Positions 36,876 through 46,355 of a stretch of DNA of 64,000 bases are shown piece by piece. A program made the position numbers and the translations under genes. The notes beneath the pieces are model-generated. The model was not told where the DNA came from, did no database searches, and saw only the letters and a program-made list of their open reading frames with translations. The DNA lies in assembly GCA_949519155.1 (NCBI GenBank), contig CATIQU010000001.1, positions 28,158 to 92,157 on the forward strand, read 5' to 3'. This DNA is from Polaribacter sp. SA4-10 (GTDB lineage Bacteria; Bacteroidota; Bacteroidia; Flavobacteriales; Flavobacteriaceae). Every line of letters begins with the position of its first letter. Within the stretch, counting starts at the first letter, position 1.

Positions 36876-39368
36876 ATGAATATTAAAAAAATAACTCCTT
36901 TTGCAATTGCGATACTTGTTTTTGCCGTTGCTTCCATTACGTACTTTCATCCTGTTTTAAAAGGACAAAAAATTAAACAGTCAGACATTACCCAGTTTCA
37001 AGGGATGTCTAAGGAAATTCAAGACTTTAGAGCCGACAATAATGCCGAACCTTATTGGACCGGAAGCGCATTTAGTGGCATGCCAGCTTACCAGTTAAGT
37101 GCCTACTATCCGAATGATTTTGTTCGAATCATTGATAAATATATTCGTTTTTTACCCAGACCTGCAGATTATACTTTTCTGTATTTCTTTAGTTTTTTTG
37201 TACTCTTGTTGGCTTTAAAAGTAGAATGGAAACTGGCGCTTTTAGGCGGATTGTCCTTTGGTTTCTCTACCTATCTAATTATTATTTTCGGAGCCGGACA
37301 CAATGCAAAAGCACATGCTATTGGCTACATGCCACTCGTATTGGCAGGTATATTATGGGTTTTTCAAAAAAGGTATTTGTTAGGTTTCGTTGTTACAGGT
37401 CTTGCCATGGCATTAGAAATTTATACCAACCATCCACAAATGACCTACTATTTAGGTTTTTGTTTACTCATATTAGGAATTGTTGAACTGGTTCATGCCA
37501 TCAAAGAAAAACAACTTCCAACCTTTGCAAAACAAACGGTTGTAATTCTACTTGCCGTACTCCTTGGAATTGCCGCAAATGCACCACGTTTAATGGCGAT
37601 GAAGGAATACGCAGACTATAGTACTCGCGGTACTTCAGAATTGACAATTACACCAGACGGAAGCCCTAAAGTAGCCTCTATAGGTTTAGATTATGGCTAC
37701 ATTACAGAATATAGTTATGCAAAACTTGAGACTTTCAATTTGTTTATTCCACGATTTATGGGAGGAGGAACAAAAGAAAAGTTATCTGAAAACTCTAACC
37801 TTTACACAACTTTACAAGCCAGTACGCTTGGGCAAAGAGGTGCAAACTACTTTACAGATGAAGCTCTCGATAATTGCGATGGCTGTACTTTATCTTATTG
37901 GGGCGATCAATCATTTATAGAAGCTCCAGCATATATAGGTGTTGTTTTGTTCTTTTTATTTTTTCTTGGAATTTTCTTAGTTAAAGGGAAATTTAAACAA
38001 TGGTTAGTAGCTGCAACTGTTTTTTCAATTTTAATGAGTTGGGGTAGGAATTTTGATGTTTTGACTAGTTTTTTTATTAATTATGTACCGCTTTATAATA
38101 AGTTTAGAGCAGTTTCTTCTATTCAAGTAATTGCAGAATTATGTGTGCCAATTTTAAGTTTCTTGGCATTAAAAGAGTTCTTTTCCTTTACAAAACCCAT
38201 TGAAGAAAAAAAACAAGCGCTTAAATCAGCTTTATTTGTTTTTGCAAGTCTAATAATTGTTGGCTTTATAGTAGCTAATGGATTTGCTGCTTTTGAAGGA
38301 ATTAATGATAGCTATTATTTACAAATTGAAAAGAATTATCAAGTTAAAAATATTCTTGATTCAGTTATTGCAGATCGCAAAGCACTTTTGTTTTCCGACA
38401 CAATAAGATCGCTAATGCTAACGATAGTTTCTGCTGGAGCCCTATGGCTCTATTTGAAAGGAAAAATAAAGCAATTTACTGCTGTTATTGCTTTTTCAAT
38501 CTTTATTCTTTTTGATTTGATTTCCATTGATAAAAGATATGTAAACGAAGATGATTTCTATGACGCTATAGAGATGCAAGAACCTTTCGAAATTTCAGAA
38601 GCAGATTTACAAATTCAACAAGATAAGTCTTATTATAGAGTTGCAGATTTTACTGTAAACCCTATGAATGATGGAAGAACTTCCTATTTTCACAATTCGA
38701 TAGGTGGCTATCATGCAGCTAAAATGGGTCGTTATCAAGAGCTTTTTGAGTATCAAATCGCAAAAAATAATAGGCAGGTTTTAGATATGCTAAATACCAA
38801 ATACTTTATTGTTCCAGGCGATAATGAAAAGCGAATTGTTCAGCCTAACGTTACTGCAAATGGAAACGTTTGGTTTGTAGAAATGATACAAGGTGCAGCT
38901 ACTGTAGATAAAGAAATGAATGCATTAAGTTCTTTAAATTTAAAGAAAGCAGCAGTGATAAACAGTTTGCAGATTGAGAAATTTAAAAACAGAAACCAAT
39001 CAAACACTCAAGAATCTAGCAATAAAGTGTTTTTTGAAATAGACTCCACAGCCACAATTCAATTGACGAACTATGATGTGACCAAACTAGTCTATCAAAC
39101 AGATGCGACGAAAGCACAGTTTGCTGTCTTTTCAGAAATTTATTACAAGGATGGTTGGAATGCCTATATTGATGGGGTTTTAACGCCACATTTTAGAGTG
39201 AATTATGTATTGCGCGGAATGGAAATTCCTGCAGGAGTTCATCAAGTAGTCTTTCAATTTGAGCCTAGTGTTATTAAAAAAGGAAAGCTAATTTCATTGA
39301 TAGCCTATGGCTTGTTATTGTTGCTTCCAGTAGGGTGGTTTTTTTATGAAAAGAAACGTGTAAAATAA
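36876..39368 (+). CDS. YfhO-family polytopic membrane protein (GT-C-like glycosyltransferase)
   Basis: 830 aa. N-terminal pattern FHPVLKGQKIKQSDITQFQGMSKEIQDFR...EPYWTGSAFSGMPAYQ, more than 10 TM segments, a large C-terminal soluble domain and a final TM, as in YfhO proteins. Confidence 0.7.
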   Translation: MNIKKITPFAIAILVFAVASITYFHPVLKGQKIKQSDITQFQGMSKEIQDFRADNNAEPYWTGSAFSGMPAYQLSAYYPNDFVRIIDKYIRFLPRPADYTFLYFFSFFVLLLALKVEWKLALLGGLSFGFSTYLIIIFGAGHNAKAHAIGYMPLVLAGILWVFQKRYLLGFVVTGLAMALEIYTNHPQMTYYLGFCLLILGIVELVHAIKEKQLPTFAKQTVVILLAVLLGIAANAPRLMAMKEYADYSTRGTSELTITPDGSPKVASIGLDYGYITEYSYAKLETFNLFIPRFMGGGTKEKLSENSNLYTTLQASTLGQRGANYFTDEALDNCDGCTLSYWGDQSFIEAPAYIGVVLFFLFFLGIFLVKGKFKQWLVAATVFSILMSWGRNFDVLTSFFINYVPLYNKFRAVSSIQVIAELCVPILSFLALKEFFSFTKPIEEKKQALKSALFVFASLIIVGFIVANGFAAFEGINDSYYLQIEKNYQVKNILDSVIADRKALLFSDTIRSLMLTIVSAGALWLYLKGKIKQFTAVIAFSIFILFDLISIDKRYVNEDDFYDAIEMQEPFEISEADLQIQQDKSYYRVADFTVNPMNDGRTSYFHNSIGGYHAAKMGRYQELFEYQIAKNNRQVLDMLNTKYFIVPGDNEKRIVQPNVTANGNVWFVEMIQGAATVDKEMNALSSLNLKKAAVINSLQIEKFKNRNQSNTQESSNKVFFEIDSTATIQLTNYDVTKLVYQTDATKAQFAVFSEIYYKDGWNAYIDGVLTPHFRVNYVLRGMEIPAGVHQVVFQFEPSVIKKGKLISLIAYGLLLLLPVGWFFYEKKRVK

Positions 39369-39376
39369 TATTTACT

Positions 39377-40597
39377 ATGAATATTGGAATGTTGCTGAAT
39401 GGTAATTACCCTGCAGATATTAGAGTTCGAAAAGAGGCTGAAAGTTTATCAGAGAATCACTCCGTATTTATATTGTGTAAAAAAGAACCTTCTGATAAAG
39501 AGTTTGAAATTATCAATGGCGTTTCAGTTGTTCGACAAATAGCATACAAAAATACAGCGCATGAAGGTGTGATTGATGTTTTAGCTTCCCTAAATTTTAT
39601 ACACCCATATTTTAAAAAAAAGCTTCCAGATTTTATAAAAAGATATCAGATAAACGCTTTACATGTTCATGACTTGCCGCTTGCGAAAACAGCATTCCTA
39701 GCAGCAAAAAAGTATCAACTAAAAACGGTTTTAGATTTACATGAAAATTATCCCGCAGCTTTAAAAACATGGTTTTCATGGCGTAAGAATCCTATTATTA
39801 GATTAAAAAACACCTTATTCTTTAGTTATAACCGATGGCGGAACTACGAAGCAAAAATTATTAAGAAATATGATGTTTTAATCGCTGTTGTAGACGAAAT
39901 GAAACAACGTCTTGTGGATCAACATCAGATTGATCCTGGAAATATTGTAATTGTACCCAATGCCGAGAAAAAAGATTTTGCAAAGAATTTTGAAACGCAT
40001 CTCCCAGACTATTTCAAAGAAGAAAAAGAAAGATTTATTATTTCATATGTAGGTGGTTTTGGGCCACACAGGGGTTTGCATACCGCGATTTTAGGAATGA
40101 AAGAAATTTCTAAAGCAATTCCCAACGCTCTACTCGTACTCGTGGGGCCGGCAAACCATGATGTGAGAATGCATCTTCAAAAGATAATAACGAACAATGA
40201 GTTAACTCATTTTGTAAAAATAAAAGGAAGAGAACCTTTTAAAAACGTCATAAATATTATGAAAAGTTCGGACGTAAACGTCATACCACATATCTCAAAT
40301 GAGCATACTGAAAGTGCAGTTCCACACAAGTTTTTTCAAATATTACTCTCAGGAAAACCCTTATTAGTGTCAGACTGTGCACCTATGAAACGCTTGGTCG
40401 GTACACATAAAATAGGGACTTATTTCGAATCTGAAAATATATTGAGTTTTGCCGAAAAGGTTTCTTATATTCATAAGAATTACAAGGCATCTCTTTTAAT
40501 GGCAAACGAAGGAGTGAAGCAATCTTTATATGCAGATTTAAATTGGGATTTTTTATCAAAAAATTTAATCAAATTATATAATAATTTAGAAAGTTGA
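39377..40597 (+). CDS. GT-B glycosyltransferase (family 4-like)
   Basis: 406 aa. Two-Rossmann layout; C-terminal half carries GGFGPHRGL and ...E..SAVPHKFFQILLSGKPLLVSD donor-binding features. Confidence 0.75.
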   Translation: MNIGMLLNGNYPADIRVRKEAESLSENHSVFILCKKEPSDKEFEIINGVSVVRQIAYKNTAHEGVIDVLASLNFIHPYFKKKLPDFIKRYQINALHVHDLPLAKTAFLAAKKYQLKTVLDLHENYPAALKTWFSWRKNPIIRLKNTLFFSYNRWRNYEAKIIKKYDVLIAVVDEMKQRLVDQHQIDPGNIVIVPNAEKKDFAKNFETHLPDYFKEEKERFIISYVGGFGPHRGLHTAILGMKEISKAIPNALLVLVGPANHDVRMHLQKIITNNELTHFVKIKGREPFKNVINIMKSSDVNVIPHISNEHTESAVPHKFFQILLSGKPLLVSDCAPMKRLVGTHKIGTYFESENILSFAEKVSYIHKNYKASLLMANEGVKQSLYADLNWDFLSKNLIKLYNNLES

Positions 40598-41862
40598 AAG
40601 CACTAATTATCACTTATTATTGGCCACCAGCAGGAGGTTCAGGAGTACAACGATGGTTGAAATTTGTAAAGTATTTACAAGATTTTGATGTTGAGCCTGT
40701 GGTGTATACGATTGCGAATTCGAAGTATCCCATTTTAGATGATACTCTCGAAGACGAGGTGCCAAAGAATATTGAAATTTTAAAACAACCCATCTGGGAA
40801 CCCAACAACCTTTTTTCTTTTTTGAAGAAAGAAAAATCTCAGAGTGCTGGTTTTTTAAATCCGAACCCAGGATTGTTTGGCAAGATCATGCAATATATTC
40901 GAGCCAATTTCTTTATTCCAGATGCTCGAAAATTTTGGATAAAACCCTCGGTAAGTTATTTAGAGCACTACATTCAGCAAAATAATATTGATGTTGTAAT
41001 TACTACAGGACCACCACACAGCATGCATTTAATTGGCTTGAAATTAAAAGAAAAACTGAATATTAAATGGATTTCAGATTTCAGAGACCCTTGGACCGAT
41101 ATTGATTACTTTCATCAATTGCCATTAACCAAAAGGGCCAAAGCAACTCATATTCACTTGGAAAAAGAAGTTTTAGAAGAATCCGATGCTGTTCTGGCGG
41201 TAGGAGAAACAATGAAAGAAAACTATTTAAAATTCAATAAAAATATTCACGTAATTACAAATGGATTCGATGTTGATTTAACTCTAAAGTCAAAGGTAAC
41301 CCTTGATCGTCATTTTACGTTGACCCATATTGGCATGATGAATTCAGATAGAAACCCAAAGTTGCTTTGGAAAGTTTTAGCAGAAATTTGTGCTAAGGAT
41401 TCGAAATTTAAAACCGATTTAAAAATAAATTTAATAGGAAAAGTAGCGCCACAAATTATAAGTGAATTGCAAATATTTGAAAAGAGCGCGCTCGATCTTA
41501 TAACCTATTTACCACATTCAGAAGTGCGAGCCTATCAGCAGAAATCTCAAATGCTATTATTGGTTGTCAATAATGTGCCCAGTGCAAAAGGAATTGTTAC
41601 GGGTAAAATCTTCGAATATTTAGAAGCAAATAGACCCATTTTGGCAATTGCACCAACAGATGGAGATGCTGCAGCAATTATAAAAGCCACTAATTCGGGA
41701 TTTGTTATCGATTACGAGGATGAAACCAATTTAAAAAGGGTAATTTTATCAAATTACAAAGCATTTAAAAAAAAAGAGCTACGAGTTGCTTCCAATAACA
41801 TTCAACAATATCATCGGAAAGAACTCACAAAGAAGTTAGCAACAATTATTAAAAGTATTTAA
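40594..41862 (+). CDS. GT-B glycosyltransferase (family 4-like)
   Basis: The opening KALIITYYWPPAGGSGVQRWLKF is typical of a Bacteroidota GT4 subgroup. The TTG start overlaps the upstream TGA (TTGA at 40594-40597). Confidence 0.7.
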   Translation: MKALIITYYWPPAGGSGVQRWLKFVKYLQDFDVEPVVYTIANSKYPILDDTLEDEVPKNIEILKQPIWEPNNLFSFLKKEKSQSAGFLNPNPGLFGKIMQYIRANFFIPDARKFWIKPSVSYLEHYIQQNNIDVVITTGPPHSMHLIGLKLKEKLNIKWISDFRDPWTDIDYFHQLPLTKRAKATHIHLEKEVLEESDAVLAVGETMKENYLKFNKNIHVITNGFDVDLTLKSKVTLDRHFTLTHIGMMNSDRNPKLLWKVLAEICAKDSKFKTDLKINLIGKVAPQIISELQIFEKSALDLITYLPHSEVRAYQQKSQMLLLVVNNVPSAKGIVTGKIFEYLEANRPILAIAPTDGDAAAIIKATNSGFVIDYEDETNLKRVILSNYKAFKKKELRVASNNIQQYHRKELTKKLATIIKSI

Positions 41863-41872
41863 TTCTGAATTA

Positions 41873-42958
41873 ATGAAGAAAATTGTGACCATTTTAGGAG
41901 CCAGACCCCAGTTTGTGAAAGCGGCTGTTTTAAGTAGAATTGTTTCAGAAATGAATCAAATTCAAGAAGTGATTGTTCATACGGGGCAGCACTTTGATGC
42001 AAACATGAGCGCTGTTTTTTTTAATGAAATGCAAATTCCTACACCAAAATACAACTTGGCGATTCATGGATTGACACATGGTGCTATGACTGGACAAATG
42101 CTCGAAAAAATAGAAACTATTTTAATTGATGAAAAACCAGACGCCGTTGTTGTTTATGGGGATACAAATTCTACACTTGCAGGTGCTTTAGCGGCAAAAA
42201 AGTTAGATATTAAAGTGATTCATATTGAGGCAGGTTTACGTTCTTTTAATTTAAAGATGCCCGAGGAAGTGAATCGAATTTTAACAGATCGAATTTCAGC
42301 CTTATTAAGTTGCCCAACAGATACAGCACTTCAGAATCTTGCCAACGAAGGTTTTGGGATTTTGCCAATAATAATCGAAAAACATGGTGACATCATGAAA
42401 GATGCAGTTGCGTTTTACAGTGAGAAATCATCAGAAAAATCTACTATTATTCAAGACTTAGATTTATCAAAAGACGCATTTGTTTTAACAACGATTCACC
42501 GTCAAGAGAATACAGATGATGAAGTTAAAATGAAAGAGATTTTTGCTGCTTTGGATGAAATTCATCAAACACAACAAGTTGTTTTGCCTTTGCACCCTAG
42601 GACAAAAAAAATGCTAACAAAATTTAAAATCAATACAAAAATCACCTTCATAGAACCTGTTGGTTATTTTGATATGTTAGAATTGTTAAAGAATTGTACA
42701 ATGGTTGTTACCGATAGTGGTGGTTTGCAAAAAGAAGCTTTTTTTAGTAACAAAAACTGTATTATTGTACGTGAAGAAACGGAATGGTTAGAGTTGGTTA
42801 CTCACAATTTCGCAAAAATTGTAGGAACGAATAAAGAAAATATGTTGTCTGCTTTTCAATATTTTTTGACTGCTGAAATGGATTTTAGTATTAATTTATT
42901 TGGTAAAAATGTAGGCAAAAAAATTCATGATTCTATTTGTAATTTAATTCAAGATTAA
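41873..42958 (+). CDS. wecB: UDP-N-acetylglucosamine 2-epimerase (non-hydrolysing)
   Basis: ILGARPQFVKAA, VHTGQHFD, YGDTNSTLAGALAA, HIEAGLRS and VVTDSGGLQKEA motifs. Confidence 0.85.
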   Translation: MKKIVTILGARPQFVKAAVLSRIVSEMNQIQEVIVHTGQHFDANMSAVFFNEMQIPTPKYNLAIHGLTHGAMTGQMLEKIETILIDEKPDAVVVYGDTNSTLAGALAAKKLDIKVIHIEAGLRSFNLKMPEEVNRILTDRISALLSCPTDTALQNLANEGFGILPIIIEKHGDIMKDAVAFYSEKSSEKSTIIQDLDLSKDAFVLTTIHRQENTDDEVKMKEIFAALDEIHQTQQVVLPLHPRTKKMLTKFKINTKITFIEPVGYFDMLELLKNCTMVVTDSGGLQKEAFFSNKNCIIVREETEWLELVTHNFAKIVGTNKENMLSAFQYFLTAEMDFSINLFGKNVGKKIHDSICNLIQD

Positions 42959-44446
42959 GTGGGAATTGTATTTAAACAGTCTTTAAAAAACACGTTATTT
43001 ATTTATTTGGGGTTTCTCTTCGGGGGAATTAATACCTTGTTTTTATACACACGTTTCCTAGAAGATGAATATTATGGGTTGGTTACTTTTCTACTCTCTA
43101 CCTCCAATCTGTTAATGCCTTTAATAGCTTTAGGAGTACATCATTCAATCGTGAAGTTTTTCTCTAGTTATTTCACTAAAATTGAAAAGGATCGTTTTTT
43201 ATCATCCATACTCTTTTTGCCCTTTTTTATAGCGATACCGATTGCTTATTTCGGAACTCTTTTTTATGAAGAAATAGGACAGTATTTATCTAGTGAAAAT
43301 CCAATTATTAAAGAGTATACGTTTATAATTTATTTAATTGCAGTTGCTACATCCTATTTTGAGATTTTTTATGCTTGGGCAAAAGTACAGTTTCAATCTG
43401 TTTTTGGTAATATCCTGAAAGAGTTGTGGAATCGCGTTGTTGTCATGCTGCTATTGTTTGCAGTTTATTTTGAACTGATTACGAAAGCTGAATTTATTTA
43501 TTATTTAACAGGAGCTTATTTTTTAAGAACGCTTGTAATGATGATCTATGCGCTCAAATTATATACCCCTAAATTTACATTTTCAAAGCCAAAAAATTTC
43601 AATGAAGTAATCCGTTTTTCAGCATATATTATTCTAGCGGGAAGTGCCGGAGCGATCATTTTAGACATTGATAAATTTATGATTCCTGGAAAAGAATCTT
43701 TAGTAAAAGCTGCATATTATTCCGTAGCTGTTTTTATTGGTTCTTTTATTGAAGCGCCATGTAGAGCAATGTTGAATATTTTACAACCATTAACTTCAAA
43801 AACTTTACATGAAGGAAATCATAAAGAGGTAGCCTCTTTGTATAAAAAAAGCTCCCTTAATTTATTGCTAATTAGTGGACTGTTTTTTGTTTTGATTAAT
43901 ACAAATGTAAATCAGTTATTCAGTTTGCTTCCCGAAGCATATTCAGGAGGTGTTTTGGTGGTGCTAATGATTTCATTGCTGAAGCTATATAATGGCTTTT
44001 TAGGGAATAATGGTGCTATTATAAACAACTCTAAGTTTTATAAAATAACGTTACCTATAAGTCTTACGATGGCGTTTTCTGTTTATTTTTTAAACAAACT
44101 ATTTTATTATGAATTGGATATGGGAACCAATGGTTTGGCGCTGGCAACCCTCATTGTTATTTTTTCGGCCAATACCTTTAAGTTGTTTTTTGTGAAGCGT
44201 AAATTTTCCATTACACCATTTACAAATAAATCATTATTACTGTTTTCAATTATTACTATTTTGTATCTAACGTTTAATTTCTGGGAGTTTCCATTTGCGA
44301 ACGTTTATTTATGGGAAATACCAATACACCCGATTATAAATATTATTTTAAAAAGCATTATAATCGTTGTAATTTATGTGTTCTTGATCTTTAAGTTACA
44401 CATTTCACCAGAGTTTGATAGCCTTCTTAAAAAGTTTTATAAATAA
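42959..44446 (+). CDS. polysaccharide/oligosaccharide flippase (Wzx-like, MOP superfamily)
   Basis: 495 aa with about 12-14 hydrophobic segments. The GTG start abuts the wecB stop. Confidence 0.7.
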   Translation: MGIVFKQSLKNTLFIYLGFLFGGINTLFLYTRFLEDEYYGLVTFLLSTSNLLMPLIALGVHHSIVKFFSSYFTKIEKDRFLSSILFLPFFIAIPIAYFGTLFYEEIGQYLSSENPIIKEYTFIIYLIAVATSYFEIFYAWAKVQFQSVFGNILKELWNRVVVMLLLFAVYFELITKAEFIYYLTGAYFLRTLVMMIYALKLYTPKFTFSKPKNFNEVIRFSAYIILAGSAGAIILDIDKFMIPGKESLVKAAYYSVAVFIGSFIEAPCRAMLNILQPLTSKTLHEGNHKEVASLYKKSSLNLLLISGLFFVLINTNVNQLFSLLPEAYSGGVLVVLMISLLKLYNGFLGNNGAIINNSKFYKITLPISLTMAFSVYFLNKLFYYELDMGTNGLALATLIVIFSANTFKLFFVKRKFSITPFTNKSLLLFSIITILYLTFNFWEFPFANVYLWEIPIHPIINIILKSIIIVVIYVFLIFKLHISPEFDSLLKKFYK

Positions 44447-44745
44447 CAATCTAGCGCATCTGCAATCATATGTAAAAGTAATGCAAACGCAAGAATTCTT
44501 GATTTTTTAAAGAGTAGTCCCATTGCATAAAATGCGATAGCAACATAAGAGTGTAGTGGATGATAGTTGATACTGCATCTACTCTTATCGAAAATAGGAT
44601 TTGCAATCAAGTGATCTAAGTCGACCAACATCGAAAGTAAGAAAATCAAATATACCATCTTCCATTTTTTTCGAAAGAAAAAATAAGCAATAAGTAGCGG
44701 TACTAAAAAGTGAATACCGTAATGGAGTATGTTTTTTAAGATCAT
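44437..44745 (-). CDS. DUF6122-like small membrane protein (YdjM-like metal-dependent hydrolase fold?)
   Basis: 102 aa, 3-4 TM segments, DLDHLIA and HMIADALD His/Asp motifs. Its 3' end overlaps the flippase 3' end by 10 nt. Confidence 0.55.
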   Translation of the reverse strand: MILKNILHYGIHFLVPLLIAYFFFRKKWKMVYLIFLLSMLVDLDHLIANPIFDKSRCSINYHPLHSYVAIAFYAMGLLFKKSRILAFALLLHMIADALDCYL

Positions 44746-44750
44746 TATTG

Positions 44751-44784
44751 AAAAGCAAAAAAGACTTAATAATAAGTCTTTTTT
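44751..44784 (-). terminator. intrinsic terminator after the Crp/Fnr gene
   Basis: AAGACTTA ATAA TAAGTCTT flanked by A- and T-runs. Confidence 0.6.
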
Positions 44785-44843
44785 AGATGCTTGTAATGGA
44801 TTGTAATGAGGTGTAATTAATGTATTTTGATATAAAAATACTG

Positions 44844-45431
44844 CTATTTACGAACTCTTTTCATGAGTAAGTCTTTTCGGATTCTACTTAACTGTACTGG
44901 TGTGATATTTAAGAAAGAAGCAATTTGATATTGCGGTATTTGTTTTTCGATATTTGGTAAATCTTTTCTGATTTTTAAGTACCGGTCTGTTGCGTCTAGC
45001 ATTGAAAGTTCAAAAATTCTTTTTTCTTTTTTAATGTAAGCATCTTCCAAAACTTTAGTATACAACAAACTGATATTGATGTCTTTTTTTGTAAGTTTTT
45101 TGAATTCTTTAAAATCACCAACATAAAACTCACAATCGGTAAGGCAGTCATAAAATATTCTAGAGGGTTTGTCTAAAATTAAACTAGAGAATGCTCCAGT
45201 AGAAGTTCCTCCTACAGTTAATGACTGAATGACTTCTCTTCCTTTCTTATCTAAAAAATACGAGCGAACAACTCCTTTTTTTAAGATATAAAATTCGGTA
45301 GGAGTTTCACCAGCTTTAGCTAAAACATGCTTTTTCTTAACGTTTTGAAAGGAAAGTAAATTGTTAAAGCTATTAATAGTTTTAACTGGTAATTTGTTGT
45401 TTTCCGAAATTAAATCAATTATGAATTCCAT
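44844..45431 (-). CDS. Crp/Fnr-family transcriptional regulator
   Basis: cNMP-binding-like barrel (FYILKKGVVRSYFLDKKGRE) and C-terminal HTH (QIASFLNITPVQLSRIRKDL). ATG 45431 (MEFIIDL) is preferred to 45452. Confidence 0.75.
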   Translation of the reverse strand: MEFIIDLISENNKLPVKTINSFNNLLSFQNVKKKHVLAKAGETPTEFYILKKGVVRSYFLDKKGREVIQSLTVGGTSTGAFSSLILDKPSRIFYDCLTDCEFYVGDFKEFKKLTKKDINISLLYTKVLEDAYIKKEKRIFELSMLDATDRYLKIRKDLPNIEKQIPQYQIASFLNITPVQLSRIRKDLLMKRVRK

Positions 45432-45720
45432 ATAGTCATATATTTGTAACAATTTTAACCTCTAATGAATCTTAAAATAAAACAGACATGATTTTGTTGT
45501 CGTATTTTTTGAATAAATTTTTACGTGCTAAAATTTACATTATAAAATTATTACTTACCGTTGCTATAAATTGCAAACTCATAAACATGCTAATTCACGC
45601 GATTATTGTAAAATACACATTCCGTCATACAACAGTATTTAGAATCTGTTTTTTTAAAAGCATTTAATTACTTATTTCTGGGGTAGTTGTCAGTAAATGA
45701 ATAGTTTTTTTCAAATTTAT

Positions 45721-45760
45721 ATAAAAAATCATAAAAAATCATAAAAAATCATAAAAAATT
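45721..45760. repeat. 10-bp tandem repeat of phased A6 tracts
   Basis: ATAAAAAATC x3 then ATAAAAAATT, continuing as ACAAAAAACT into the last codons of wbqC. Exact 10-bp period. Confidence 0.9.
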
Positions 45761-46355
45761 ACAAAAAACTAATTGCATTAGGACCTTCCATAAACAGCAG
45801 ATCTAATATTGATAGATTTGGAATGAATCCATGTTTGTTTTCAAAAACTTGAATGTAAGGTGTCTTTTGTTTTGGGGTACTTTGTTTCACACTTGCAAGA
45901 AATCGAAAGTCATTTAAGGTATTTTGATGGTTATATTCCACTGTATTTTTTGTTTTTATTTCCAATTGAAGTGCATCCGTTAAAAACAAAAATGTATCTA
46001 AGTTAAGGTCATTTAAATAGCGATATTCTTTGCTATAAATACTGTGTAAATCGTCTTCAAAAAATTCAAAAAAAGGAGAACAATTATAAGAAGCCTTTAA
46101 TGATTTGAAATGCTGATCTTGCCATTTTACACTATTGTCAACCAAGGTGTCTTTTGTTTTTTGCTTTTCAATACTTTTGTTTTTTTGTATAGGAATATTG
46201 AGCATTTGCTGACCATTGGCACCATATATATAACAACGGTTTCGATAGCTTTGTTTTTGGAAATTATCTTCAACTTCAAAGGTGATTTCATTAAAACGTA
46301 CTATTTCAGAAAATTGAGAAATAGGAGGAAAGTAGGTTGGTAAAAATAACCCCAT
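45759..46355 (-). CDS. WbqC-family protein
   Basis: LPTYFPPISQFSEIV...FQKQSYRNRCYIYGANG matches the WbqC pattern. Its start overlaps the lepB stop (TAATG). Confidence 0.65.
   Translation of the reverse strand: MGLFLPTYFPPISQFSEIVRFNEITFEVEDNFQKQSYRNRCYIYGANGQQMLNIPIQKNKSIEKQKTKDTLVDNSVKWQDQHFKSLKASYNCSPFFEFFEDDLHSIYSKEYRYLNDLNLDTFLFLTDALQLEIKTKNTVEYNHQNTLNDFRFLASVKQSTPKQKTPYIQVFENKHGFIPNLSILDLLFMEGPNAISFL

Noticed and set aside
44437-44446. 10-nt overlap of the convergent 3' ends of the flippase and DUF6122 genes as a regulatory antisense arrangement.
   Set aside because: Short convergent overlaps are common. There is no additional structure, and the gene-end calls depend only on stop codons.
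45520-45657. Candidate sRNA ending at AACAG-TATTTAGAAT-CTGTT followed by T7.
   Set aside because: The stem is only 5 bp, no exact promoter box lies upstream, and the region is AT-rich enough to produce this by chance.
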